DNA of 64,000 nt from Chlorokybus atmophyticus (GCA_009103225.1 RHPI01003369.1:1702017-1766016); one strand, 5' to 3'; shown: positions 13,482 to 26,000, counted from the stretch's first letter. Notes: generated from the sequence alone by a model not told the origin. Numbers and translations: made by a program.

Positions 13482-13490
13482 TTAGGGTTT
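13482..13490. promoter_or_regulatory. Telo-box (TTAGGGTTT) in the mS33/SS1 bidirectional spacer
   Basis: ttagggttt about 40 bp before the SS1 ATG. Confidence 0.45.
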
Positions 13491-13527
13491 GAGAGGGCGG
13501 CGGTCGGGGGGCGGGGCGTGGTTCGGC

Positions 13528-16500
13528 ATGACGTCGTACACGGCTGCGGGGGCGTTGGTTGCCGTGTCATCGACCACGCCGACTGCTGCCCTGAGGAGAT
13601 CCACCTCCTCAAGCTTGCAGAGACTGCCTGGCAACAGCTTCAAAGGATCTCGGCTTGCCTCTGCGGTCCTGTCTGGGCGCAATGCATGCAGGAGTCGCTT
13701 GACACACAGCGTCTGTGCGGTGAGACAAAGAGTTTCCATGATGATCGTCCATCTGCGTGCAAGGCTGCAAACATGCAATGCCAGCTCCTTGCCCAGACTT
13801 AAGCTGCTGCTTCACCTGGAATGCATGCCCTGGGCCATGCGTCCATGGGGTACATTAATAGTTCCGTTATTTCGAGGTTTGCAGCAACACAACGGTCGCA
13901 TGTTGGTCTCGTGGTTACTTCATGTAGCAGACGATGCTGTCACCATTGTCAAAGCTTTGCGCGTATTGCTGTCCCACTTTTTCCTTCACGCGTGTCACAA
14001 CTTGCTTGCAAACCTGAACCATGCGTGCATAGGGTGCATTGGTTGATCCGTTACTCCGAGGTTGCAGCAACACAACGGTTGCATGCTGGCTTTGTGTGTG
14101 CCTCAAGTAGCGGACCAGGCCAAGACCATTGGCTGTCCCACGTTCTCCCTTTTGCCTGTCATAGCATGCATGCGAACCAAGGCATGCGTTTTACGAACTC
14201 TTTGCTGCCGCATTGTGCTCTGCATGCATGAAACAAGATGTGTAAGTAGATCGTGACCTTCCACCCTGACATGCAGGCAAAGAAAAAGCGCATTGCCACA
14301 CAGGCGAAGCGGACAGCATCAGATGGTAAAGCGACATCAGCAGAGGAAGAATCCACAAGCAGCTCAACGGAAAACAAGGAGACAACCGCAGATGAAAAGC
14401 CCACCACTCGCAAGGACAGTGCTGCACCCTGGGCTGTGTCCAACGACTACGAGGACTATGTTCTGGTTTCGCAGGATGCTGAGGACATCAGTGCGGAGGT
14501 AGGCCTTGCCAAATTGAGTGCACACACATACTGTTGAATTGCAACAGCCTTTGTAAGCAGGTTGTAGGTTGTACGGGGGTAGTGTGTTGGCTTATGAATG
14601 CATGTGCAGGTAGCGAAGCTACAGAAGGAGAATGAGGCGCTGCGAAGACGCCTTCAACAGGCAATACCTGCTGCACAGAAACAGTCACAGAATCCATATC
14701 CTTCTGAGGTATTGTGTGCTCTCTCATGTCAATACAAGTGTAGCTGCATGCTAGGAGAAAGCTTTGCCAGCAGCTAGCATTCAAACTATGTTGATGATGT
14801 TTAGACAACAAGTTGACATTGCATGCTGCATGCAGCAAACCTTAGCAGCAATAGCGGAAGCAGTTGATGTCCAAAGGCCCCGACGGGCTGCAAGGCCTCC
14901 TGCGGACGTTGCGGGCAACTCCAGGGTCGCAGTACCTGCAACAGAGTCTATTTCAGCTCCCAGCAATGCACCTCCAGCACGTGATGCAGTTGCAACAACC
15001 ATGATGGAGGCTCCCACAACACCACAGGCAAGCGTCAGCTGTACGATTACCAATGTCATTAAGTGTTTGACCAACAACCTTTTTGTCCTGTAGCCGTCCA
15101 ATGAAACCTCAGGCAATGGTGGCGCCAAAGCGGATGAGTCGTGGAAGAGCAGTGTTAAGAAGACAGAAAACCCAATGAGCATTGTATTTGTGACATCAGA
15201 GGTGGCTCCTTGGTCCAAGACTGGTGGTCTTGCAGATGTGGCTGGATCGTTGCCAATAGCACTTGCGCAAAGGGGCCATCGCGTGATGGTACGGACTTTT
15301 ACAACAATGAGTGTTGCCAGTCGGTTGAGTGCCTGGCGCTGCTTGTTTATATTACATTCTGTTCTGGGCCTGCAGGTGGTTGCACCTCGCTACCTGAATG
15401 GTGTATCAGACGCTCTTTATGACTCTGCGCTGGACCTGCAAGTGCGCATCAACCTGCCTCTATTCCAGGGTGTACAAGAGGTGGCTTACTTCCATTCCTT
15501 CAAGAATGGTGTGGACTGGGTAAGTTCATCAGTGCCGCAATATGTGACACTGGATTTAGAAGATTTAGGAGAGAAGTCACGCTTGTCTTGTTGGTGCAGG
15601 TGTTTGTTGACCACCCAGCCTACCATCGTGCTGGCAATCCCTACGGCGACTCCAGGGGAGCTTTTGGCGACAACCAATTCAGGTTTACACTGCTCAGCCT
15701 AGCAGCAGCCGAGGCTCCTCTGCAGTTGAAGCTAGGAGGATATACATATGGGGAGAGAGTTGTGTTTATGGTGAATGACTGGCATGCCAGGTAATGAAAG
15801 GTTCATATTCTGTCCTGTCTCAATCCCATCTTTGTATCCATTGCAGTCTGGTAGACTTTTGGCTGATATGCTTACTAGTGACCTACCAGCCTTTTGTCTG
15901 TGTACCTGGCTGCCAAATACCGCCCTCATAACGTCTACCGCGACGCCCGCACCATTTTAGCAATCCACAACCTTTCTCACCAGGCAAGAGCCATTTTTGC
16001 ATAGTACTCTCTGTTAATCAAGGCACCTCCAACCTGTGGTCGAAGTCATTGTGGTCCTGATGGGTTTGACGCATTGTCCAGGGTGTGGAGGCCGCCGTGA
16101 CTTTCAAGAATCTTGGCTTGCCTGGTGAATGGTATGGTGCTCTGGAATGGGTCTTCCCAGAATGGGCACGCGCGCATGCTTTGGACAAGGGTGAAGCCGT
16201 CAACTTTCTGAAGGGCGCCATTGTGACCGCTGATCGTATTGTAACTGTCAGCAAGGTACGTGTACTGCGTCACAGCACTGGACGGTGGTCGATCTGCTAT
16301 GCATAAGAGGTTGTGTTGAATCTTTAAAACCCTATGTCATGGTCTTGTCTGTTCCAGGGTTATGCCTGGGAGATTCAAACAGTTGAAGGCGGTTGGGGAC
16401 TTGACGGCCTCCTGCGCAGCCGTGCAAGTGTGGTGGACGGCATTGTCAATGGTATTGATCTTGATGAGTGGAATCCTGCCACTGACAAGTTTACACCTGC

Positions 16501-17917
16501 TCACTACTCCATCAACGACATGGAGGGCAAGGTGCGCGACACTTGGTGTTGTTGAACTGTGAGAGCCACACCTGACATATCTTCATTTCGTTGATGCTTG
16601 CAGAAAGAATGCAAGCGAGCATTGCAGCAAGAGTTGGGATTGCCACAACGTGCCGATGTTCCATTGATTGGGTTCATAGGTCGGCTTGACTACCAGAAAG
16701 GCCCGGACATCATCCAGCAAGCCATTCCAGAGATGATGCGCGCAGATGTGCAACTTGTAAGCATGATATTTGCTACGGAATTTGAACTGGGATCACAGCG
16801 TTAGCGCTCATCAACGCTGGCCTTTCTTCATAGGTCATGCTGGGCTCGGGTGATAAGGACATGGAGGCCTACATGGGCTGGGCAGAAAGCGCCTACCCAG
16901 ACAAATTCCGTGGATGGGTTGGTTTCTCCGTACCTGTAGCACATCGCATCACAGCTGGGTAAGCCTCGTGGATTTGCTATGCTGTGATTGCGATACACTA
17001 TTCGGTTCAGGCCAAGAATGCAGCCATTGAAAACTGTTAGTCATGCCGACATGTTATTTGTCAACACATCGGCACATGTTGACAAGTTGCAGGTTGGTTG
17101 TGTTGATGGTGATCTTTGGTAGGTATAGTACTGTGTCAGTGGATGTTTTGAATGTGCACCAGATGCATATTGCCAATATGCAGTGAGGCTGAAGCTGCAA
17201 CTTAGAGCTTCCATGCTTTGCATTTTTCTAATCTGACGCTGTTTTCTTTGCCATAGTTGCGACATTCTGCTTATGCCCTCGAGGTTTGAGCCGTGCGGCC
17301 TGAACCAGCTCTACGCCATGCGATACGGTACAGTGCCTGTTGTGCATGCCACAGGCGGCCTGCGCGACACAGTGGAGGACTACAACCCTTACGGTCAAGG
17401 CCTTCTGGGCAGTGGCACCGGGTGAGCATGATGGTGGTTTGCAAAACAGATATGTGACCAGCATGATTGCAGCTGCTTGTCGTTGCACCTGCATGTTGGC
17501 CAACATGTAGCAAATCGGCATGCTGACTTGCTGCATGTTGGTTGCCAGATGGACCTTCTCTCCAGCAAATGCCCAATCCATGTTGGGCGCCCTTTGGACA
17601 TGCGTTGGCACATACTGGCATCACAAGGAAGCTTGGGAAGGCATCATGCGGCGAGACATGGAGCAGGACTTCTCGTGGGATAAATCAGCTGCGCAGTACG
17701 AACAAATCTTTCGATGGTAAGTGGTAGCTCGATGCCAATCATACCAAGCATGCAATGCACCCTTTGTAACACAGCAAAGCACTGCATTGCTGCAAGCGAT
17801 GAGATGCCTTATCAGCTTTTTGTGGTGGGCTTGAAATAATCTCTTAAGCCAAATTTTTCATGCCTGATGTGAGCGGAAAAATGTTGCAGGGCGATGATGG
17901 ATCGGAGCTACGCTTGA
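13528..17917 (+). CDS. SS1: Soluble starch synthase I (GT5), plastid-targeted, about 15 exons
   Basis: [22 protein letters not shown] (KxGGL), [99 protein letters not shown]; final exon WAMMDRSYA*. The N-terminal extension exons are less certain. Confidence 0.93.
13825..14170. repeat. Diverged ~185-bp tandem duplication in SS1 intron 1
   Basis: ccgtta..cgaggtt(t)gcagcaacacaacggt.gcatg.tgg recurs at ~13864 and ~14048; ccatgcgt.cat.gggt.catt and gctgtcccac also recur at the same spacing. Confidence 0.7.
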
Positions 17918-19431
17918 GTTCTCAGCATGAGTGCCTGTCACAGTCCATCCGCTTCACTGTAGATGTTACTCACACACATATAGAGACATCTGGCTAGCTG
18001 GCAGCTGGCACACTAGCTAGGAAGGTGGTTGTATAAGCCCTTCCTGCCAGTCAGTCGTGGGCATTGAGGCCATTGCCCGGTGGTCTTGCAACCAGTTGTA
18101 GATAGAGTTGCTAGAGTACATGCGTGTTTTTTATCGTGTCTGCGGATTCAAGACCAGTTTGTTGAATTATTCTTAGTTCGAGTACTGCCTGGGGCTTCTG
18201 ACTGATGCGTATGGAGACTATGGAATATATCATCAGTCCACTGCGTCTGCTGTATGATGCCTGGAATTGTGACTACCATGCGCTGATTGCATGGTTGGCA
18301 ACCAATTTGCTGCAGGTGAGGACGCTGCAGGTGAGAATGGTGCAGTTGCTGGTATCATGTGGGTTGATACTTGTGGTCACACCAAGTCACTACATTCGTA
18401 CACCCTGGTAGTCAATGACAATGCTGAGTGAACTGCATGAACATGCTGTGCATGGTGTTTTGATTTTGTAATGTAAGTTATGCAGGTACGTCGCGCGAAC
18501 CCAATAGACATGTAATATTGCGTGGTGGTTTATTGCAGCCCCTAGTCCGGTACAAAACCCCAACCAAGGCCCAAGCGTCCTGCCCTTTAACAGCGTGACT
18601 ACGCTCAGCGTGCATGCATTTCAGCTGTATAACAAAGTTGACATGTTATGACTGCAGGTTGTAATGCTACCCTCTTTCAATTGCTACATTGCATGCCGCT
18701 GGTTGTGCGCTGTCAAACATGTCGCATTTGATAGATCGTGTCGCAGCCACATCAAATGCCATTTGCGAGTTTGCAACAAGGAGGCAAGTAGGGAAGGTGT
18801 CATTGTTGCTATGCGGCGAGGTTGGTACCCATGCTTGCATAGCAACAAAGCATATTGTAAAGTTTACAATATTCTTAGCCATAAAATTGGCATGCCGATT
18901 GAAAAGTAAGGGTATTAGACAACACAATCGCTATTGCATATGTTGAATGCCACCAGGCAACATCGGCACCAACTTATTAACTTACTTAATTGCTTCATGT
19001 CATACATGTGCGTGTGTGATGACATGTTGGTCAGCTTATATATATGTTACACACGATTACAAGTATGATTGACAATTGATTATTGTTAACACTTATTACA
19101 AAAAATACGGCTTTAAGAAGCAAAGTTTTGCACATCATGTTCACATCTTCTCAACGATTGGTAAAGCTTGGCGCTCCTGTTGTGGACTTTTGTATGATGA
19201 TTGAATATTGCAAGTAAGTGTGACAACTCACATTAAACATTGATGTATACAGACGTTGATTACCAAGCCAATATGTTTCTTTTACAACGTTGTTGGCCCA
19301 ACTTGATGTGTTGTGACATGTAAATGTTAAGCATACTTGACTCACATGCCATGTGAGTCACTCGCATGTCAGATAGTATTTAACACCATTACAAATTAGC
19401 AAGCAATTTTGTCGAGCAAATTCTTGAATAC

Positions 19432-19958
19432 TGTAACGGGAGCAATAATAATAGGGGTATAATTGCTACTTGAATGACACATTCTGTATGAATAAGTATT
19501 TAAATATGCTTATTTATACCTCTTTTCTACGGTTCCTCGCTTATTAAAGGCTATAATGCTTTATCATAGCTCAAATAAGTCCCAATGGGTGTAAAACCGC
19601 TTATTCAAGCCTATTTAGTATCACATTTGATATAATGTGGTCACTATCTCGTTAGGTACCTTACGATAGGTGTCTTTCGATAGGGACCTTATCGATAGGT
19701 ACCTTATCTGAGCTGTGATTGGCTCAAGCTAGATTTCCTAACTACCCTATCTGTAGGGTCGATGTCTAATTGTAAGTTAATTATCGAGAGGTATATATTT
19801 GATATACTCTTGCTATAAAAGGTCACATCAAACTGATGTGAGGGACTTTCAGTTCTCTACTCAGTGGCGGCCACGCCGATAATAGGCTTGTCATAGGCGG
19901 TGTGGGTGTTGGGGTAGAGGATTGAAGGGGCATCACCGGCGACGGTGGTGCTGTTACA
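19432..19958 (+). repeat. 5' LTR (527 bp)
   Basis: Direct repeat of 26909-27432 with about 27 substitutions and one 3-bp indel (by-eye count); TG...CA ends; TATAAAA-like box at ~19814. Confidence 0.96.
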
Positions 19959-19959
19959 T

Positions 19960-19973
19960 TGGTATCCAGGAGC
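19960..19973 (+). other. Primer-binding site, initiator-Met tRNA-like
   Basis: tggtatccaggagc 1 nt after the 5' LTR; the canonical TGGTATCAGAGC with two extra bases. Confidence 0.75.
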
Positions 19974-20311
19974 TGGGGGGTGACGTGGGTACTTATAGGG
20001 GGCAGCGACCTGCTTTCGACCAATCAGAAGGCGTCGGCGGCGGCCTCCTATTCGTCCACGCAGCCTAAGCTTCAAGTTTGCTTCCCTGCGCTACCTCCAC
20101 ATTGAAGCCACCCATCAAAGTGGCGGCCTCTCCACGTGTGAGGTACCATCACACACGTCGGTGACTTGCCTGCTTGCCTGCTTGTCAGCTGCTTGCCATG
20201 TGCTTGCCAGGTGCACGTGTGTACTTTCATGCACATCACAGTGACTTGCCAGTGCACTATCATTGCTCGCAGTGATTGCCTGTCATTGCATGCGGTGATT
20301 GCGGCTTGCTA

Positions 20312-20736
20312 GTGTACAATATATAGGATGCAGAGATTGTGGCATGTATCACAATGTGAGGCATGCATTGCACACCACACACAACAGCACACAACACTTA
20401 CATTCACCACCGGGTGCTCTTCCTACTTACTACCTACCTAACTTCACTACTAGCCTAAACCCCAGCATGCTTGTCTAACGGGGTTTGGGCTAGTAGTGCA
20501 GTTAGGTAGGTAGTAAGTAGGAAGAGCACCCGGTGGTGAATGTAAGTGTTGTGTGCTGTTGTGTGTGCAGCATGCTTGTCCAACGGGGTTTGGGCTAGTA
20601 GTGAAGTTAGGTAGGTAGTAAGTAGGAAGAGCACCCGGTGGTGAATGTAAGTGTTGTGTGCTGTTGTGTGTGGTGTGCAATGCATGCCTCACATTGTGAT
20701 ACATGCCACAATCTCTGCATCCTATATATTGTACAC
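20312..20736. repeat. Fold-back: ~152-bp inverted arms (20312-20463 and 20585-20736) overlapping a 105-bp tandem duplication (20463-20567 and 20568-20672)
   Basis: Left arm gtgtacaatatatagg...ctactagcctaaacccc is the reverse complement of right arm ggggtttgggctagtag...cctatatattgtacac, with one mismatch seen; the tandem units differ at 2 positions. Confidence 0.92.
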
Positions 20737-21842
20737 CCCATGCCGTGGTTGGCGCCGTTTGCCGTCCCAATCCAGAGGCCAGTCCAGCTCGCTCATGCTG
20801 TCTTGGTGAGTGGCTGGCTACCCTATGCTAAGGCATACGACGTGCATGTCACCTGGAGTGTGGTTGGATATGATGGTTGCAGTGTGCTGATGTGTTGTTA
20901 GTGGTCTTGCATGAGTATGGCGTGGTTAGGTGGGTGCTTGACCGGGAGCACCCTGCATGCATAGGTAGTGTTCAGTAGTTAGAGCCCGCCCTGTTGGCAT
21001 GCATGGCAGTGCGAAAGACTAAGACTAAAGACAAAGACAGAGTCTGAGTGCATGGGGAGCAGTACCAATTGCCCGTGTCATTGAAGTAGGCGCACACAGC
21101 AACGGCACTGCGACAGGGACTGCGGTGTGCTGTGCATATGCATGCTGCGCGCCGATGGGCGCAAACCCTAACGACGCAGTCGCGTTGAGCAGGGACGACG
21201 CTGTCGTGGGTGGCGGCGGTGATGTGGGCGGAGGAGGGGGAGTCCGTTGAGTCAGGTGCCATCACTGCTTGTCACACTTTGTGCACAACTACTCATTGCT
21301 TGCAGTGATTGCCTGTCATTGCATGCGGTGATTTCGTGTCATTGTGCTTGCCAGTGCATGTCACAGTTGGTCACTGTACGGCTTGCCTGTTGCATGCCTG
21401 TGGCTTGCCTGTTGCATGCCTGTGACGTACTTGTGACCTGCCAGCTGCTTTTCCGGGTCGCTTGACCCGGGTCCGCAAGCTCCGAACCAAACTGTTCCCA
21501 AACCCTCCCCCTCTGGTCTCGGTCTGAAGATCGGAACTTGGTTAGGACAGTTTTGGGGAAGTTCTAGGACATTTTGTTCCAAAAAACTGTTAGTCTAAAA
21601 CCCTCCCCCTCTGGCTTCGGCGTGGAGATCGGGATTTGGTTGAGGACAACACAGGGTTAGGACATTCTGGTCCCATTCAGACGTGTTCTGTTTGGTGACA
21701 CTCCAGATCTAACCTTTCCTATTTTGGGACTTGTTTGGACTCTGTTTGAGACGTTTACAACTTGGGGTCATTTTTATCCTCTCGTTGAACCTGGTCCATT
21801 GGTGAGGTTCTCACCATTCCATTTTGCCTGTTTTGCAGACAA

Positions 21843-23031
21843 ATGGAAGAGAACTCGGTGCCCACCACAAAGGGGGAAAGCTCGCAAAAAGAGCAATTAC
21901 CCCGTGAGGAGGAATTTCCATCTATGGAGGATAATTCCAACCCGGATGATGCACCTGATGAGTCTCATGCTGCTAAGAATGTGGATGGCCTGGTGGAACT
22001 AGAAGGGCCACCACCACCACCATCATTCGTGCAGCCTGAAATCTCAATTCGCTCGACAAAACAGGAGTTGATGGACCACTTTCTTGGCACCCATAATGAG
22101 GAGCCTCGTGAGGATTGTCTCGCTCGTCAACTTCCTCTTTCATGTGGCGAAAAAGATCTCAAAGCTCACCACCTTTATGGGGCGAGATTGGGAGGGATCA
22201 ATGGGTGAAGGCAAACGTGTTCTGAACATGATCGAGCGCTCTCAACGCTCTGACAGTGGTCCATCTGTTCAGGCGCTTGCTCGACCTGCCGAGTTTGTTC
22301 CCAACAAACAAGCAGCAATTTTCGACTGGCTCGTGAAGCTGAGACACTATGTCACCTCCCTTCACATTTTTGAGGAGGGGAAGTTGCATGTAGCTGAGTT
22401 GCAGATCCCAAGCAGCTGCTCTGGCAGAGTGGTACCACCGTAAGCAGAGGGATACGAACCTCGGGCGGGAAGTGAATCAGTTGTGCTCTTGTATGGAGCA
22501 GCGCTATGGTGGCGCAGATCCAGCCCAAGTTGCTCGCAACCAAGTGCACACTCTGCGTAAAAACGGGCGTCCGGTTCAGCAGTGTATCCAGGATTTTTGA
22601 TCGTTTGTGAGCAAGATCAATGCTGGCAAACTACCTATCAGTGATGCTGAACAGCTGGATATGTTTAGGCGTGGCTTGGACACAGATCTCGTGCAGCATG
22701 TGGCCGTCAACCCCGCGAGTTTACAAGAGTGGGCTTCGACGGATTTACCAATGCTGATGCAGATGGTTGCTGCTGTGGACAGTGTAAAGCGCTCTCACGC
22801 AAACATGCAAACCACAGCAAAAGAGGCAGCCCCGGTTTCAGCTGCAAAGCGCCCGGCCACTGACAACAAACCTTTTGTGAAAAAGGCGAAAACATCTTAG
22901 CCTGTTGGCCCCTACAACGCGGCCAAATCCACCATCACTTGCAGTTTCTGCAAGAACACAGGTCATGGGGAGGCCAAGTGCTATGAAAGCAAAATGCACA
23001 GAAGGCCAAGCAGCAGAGGGACAAGAAATAG
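21843..23031 (+). pseudogene. gag: gag, disrupted
   Basis: Frameshifted pieces FDWLVKLRHYV and EQLDMFRRGLDTDL; CCHC knuckle CSFCKNTGHGEAKC (~22940-22981) lies just after an in-frame TAG at 22898-22900. Confidence 0.85.
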
Positions 23032-26000
23032 GAATTGTTCGTGATTGGTAGCTTAGTCGAGCAGAACGACTTCAAAAACTGTGTACTTCTTGATAAAGTT
23101 CCCTCTCTTTGTGATGTATCAGATGTATGGAGTGATATGAGCACACCACCTGTGTTGACAAATGCAAACGGTTGTGTTTTAATCAATGTTCCATTCTCTG
23201 AATTGGTAACTGCTATTAAGCACTTAGACGAGTTGCAATTACAACATGCTGTCACTGCATGCGTAGTTATCCCTCGGTATCATGGCCCGTGGTCGCGATT
23301 GCTGCAAGGGGGAGAAGTAATTATGCAACTCTCACGCAAGGATACAAGAGTTTCACCGTTGCAAGTGATCACTATCAAGCCTGCTACCAATCACGGCACT
23401 CCGACATTAGCTACTTACTTTGATGGTCACTCAGTGCCACTCGAATGCAGATTTGAGAGTCAACTTATGGGCACACCATGTACAGCATGACTTGATACTG
23501 GTGCAAACCGTAACTTTGTTGAACATGCTTGGGTGAAACGTAATAACATACCTTTCACACCAGTCATGTCGTATGTACGTGCTGCTGGTTCCACCCTCAA
23601 TGCAATTGGGGAGGTGAAGGGGCGTTTTGTTATTAACAGCCACAAGACTCGACCAACTTTCATCGTGGTGGATATGGGTATCCCCGGGGTGATTGTTGTT
23701 TTGGGTGAACAGTGGCACACCGAAGCAGGTTTGCAATTGGACTCTCGAGCAAATACGTGCACCCTTGGTAAGGGTAAACGTAAGGTGACGTTAATCGCAT
23801 CTGTACTCGCACGTGTTGCTCGCGACAATGTTCCGCTCCTCTCCGCTATGCAACTGAAACGTTGCATGCGCAAACGTGAGGAAGTGTATTTGATGCACTT
23901 ACGACAGGTAGAGACACACCTATTGAACAGGCCGTATCTGACCCTGTGGTGCAATCACTTACGGAACAATACGCAGATGTATTTTAGGATGAACTCCCGG
24001 AGTTGCCTCTTAATAAAAACATACATCATACCATTCTGCTGGAAGAGGGGGCAAAGCCACCTTGGCGGCCTATCTATAGGCTGAGTCCCTTAGAACACGC
24101 GGAAATGGAAAAACAGCTCAAAGAGTTATTGAATAAAGGTTTTATAACAAAAAGCATATCTCCTTTAGGTGCACCAATTTTATTTGTGCCCAAAAAGAAT
24201 GGCAAGCTACGCATGTGTATTGATTACCGTGCGTTGAACAAGGTAACTGTGAAAAACAGATACCCTTTGTCTCGGATTGATGATTTGTTTGATAAGCTAT
24301 CAGGTGCAACAGTGTTTAGCACACTAGATTTGACCAGTGGTTATCATCAAATTAAAATCCACCCATCGGATATACAAAAAATTGCATTTCGCACCCCACT
24401 ATGACACTTTGAGTATAAAGTGTTACCATTTGGGTTAACAAATGCACCGGCTACATTAGACAGCAATGAACGCGATAGTTGCTGATGAATTGTACAAGTT
24501 TGTACTGGTATATCAAGACGACATTATTGTGTTCAGCAAAAACCGGGACCACCATAGGCATGTGGAATTGGTTCTAGCTAAGTTACGCGAACACAAATTC
24601 TATGCCAACCTGTCCAAATGCAACTTTGCAAAGGATGAACTACCCTTTTTAGGGCATGTGATTGGCAAAGAAGGATTGAAACCAGAATTTAAAAAGGTGT
24701 GTGCGGTGAAGGATTGGCCACCACCCAAGGATGTACATCAGCTACGTGCTTTTTTGGGGCTAGCCAATTATTTTCGCAAGTTCATGCGAGCATATTCTAG
24801 CATGGCAAATCCTTTAACATCTTTACCAAGAAAAGATGTTGAATTTGTGTGGACGGAGGCACACGAGGTTGCTTTTACACGCATTAAAGATGCATTAACA
24901 CAAGCCCTTGTGTTAGCCTTCCCCGACCACACCAAGCCTTTTGTGGTGAACAGTGATGCTTCCACCATTGGGTGTGGGGCAGTCCTTCTACAGGATGATA
25001 GACCATGTGCATATGAAAGCAGAAAGTTTATTCCTGCTGAACGTAATTACACAACCACTGAGCAGGAATTGCTCGGGGTGGTGCACGCGCTGCGCACATG
25101 GCGTTGCTACTTGGAAGGTGTGGAGTTTTCAGTGATTACTGATCACAACCCGCTTACATTCTTTCATACACAACAAATCTATCGAGGCGGCAAGCCAGGC
25201 GGAATGAATTCATTTCTCGTTTCACTTTCACTTGGCAATACCGTCCGGGTCGCACCCATGTGGCGGATCCACTAAGTCGTAGCCCTGCTCTTTTGGCACT
25301 TACGCGCTCTCGAAGTACGCGTAATGTACAACAGCCTGAAGATCCTTTCCAAAAGGAAGTGTCTACAGGTTATAACTCAGATGATTGGTTTAGCAGTCAA
25401 ACCAACTTGCAACAGCTTACTGCTGTTAGTAATCTGTAGTATAAAGGGGAGCAGTTGGCAATTCCCAACTCGGGCGACTTGCGTTAGCAATGCCTATATT
25501 CAGTGCATGACCCACCGTATGCTGGGCATTTGGGGAAACACAAAACACTCAAAGCTGCGCAATAGTTATACTGGTGGCCGTCAATGTCAGCTGATGTGGA
25601 TGAATATGTTCGCACATGTAACGTGTGTCAACGTAACAAGCCACTACAACAAAAACAAGCGGGACTGCTTAAACCATTGGCAATTCCAGAACAAAAGTGA
25701 GATGGTGTCAGTATGGATTTGATTACTGACCTACCTAAAACAGCAGCCAAATACACTGCTATTGTGGTTTTTGTCGACCGTTTGACTAAAATGGTGCATT
25801 TTGCCCCGTGTTGCACAACTGTGAGTGCACGGGACTTGGCACATTTATTTGTGTCCACGGTCTTTCGAGTTCACGGTGTACCGCGTGAACTTATCATAGA
25901 TCGTGATCCTCGGTTTGTCTCCAAGTTTTACAGAGAAGTCTGTGAATTGTTGGGGGTAAAACAAAGCTTGTCGATTGCTTTCCACCCGCAAACGGACGGA

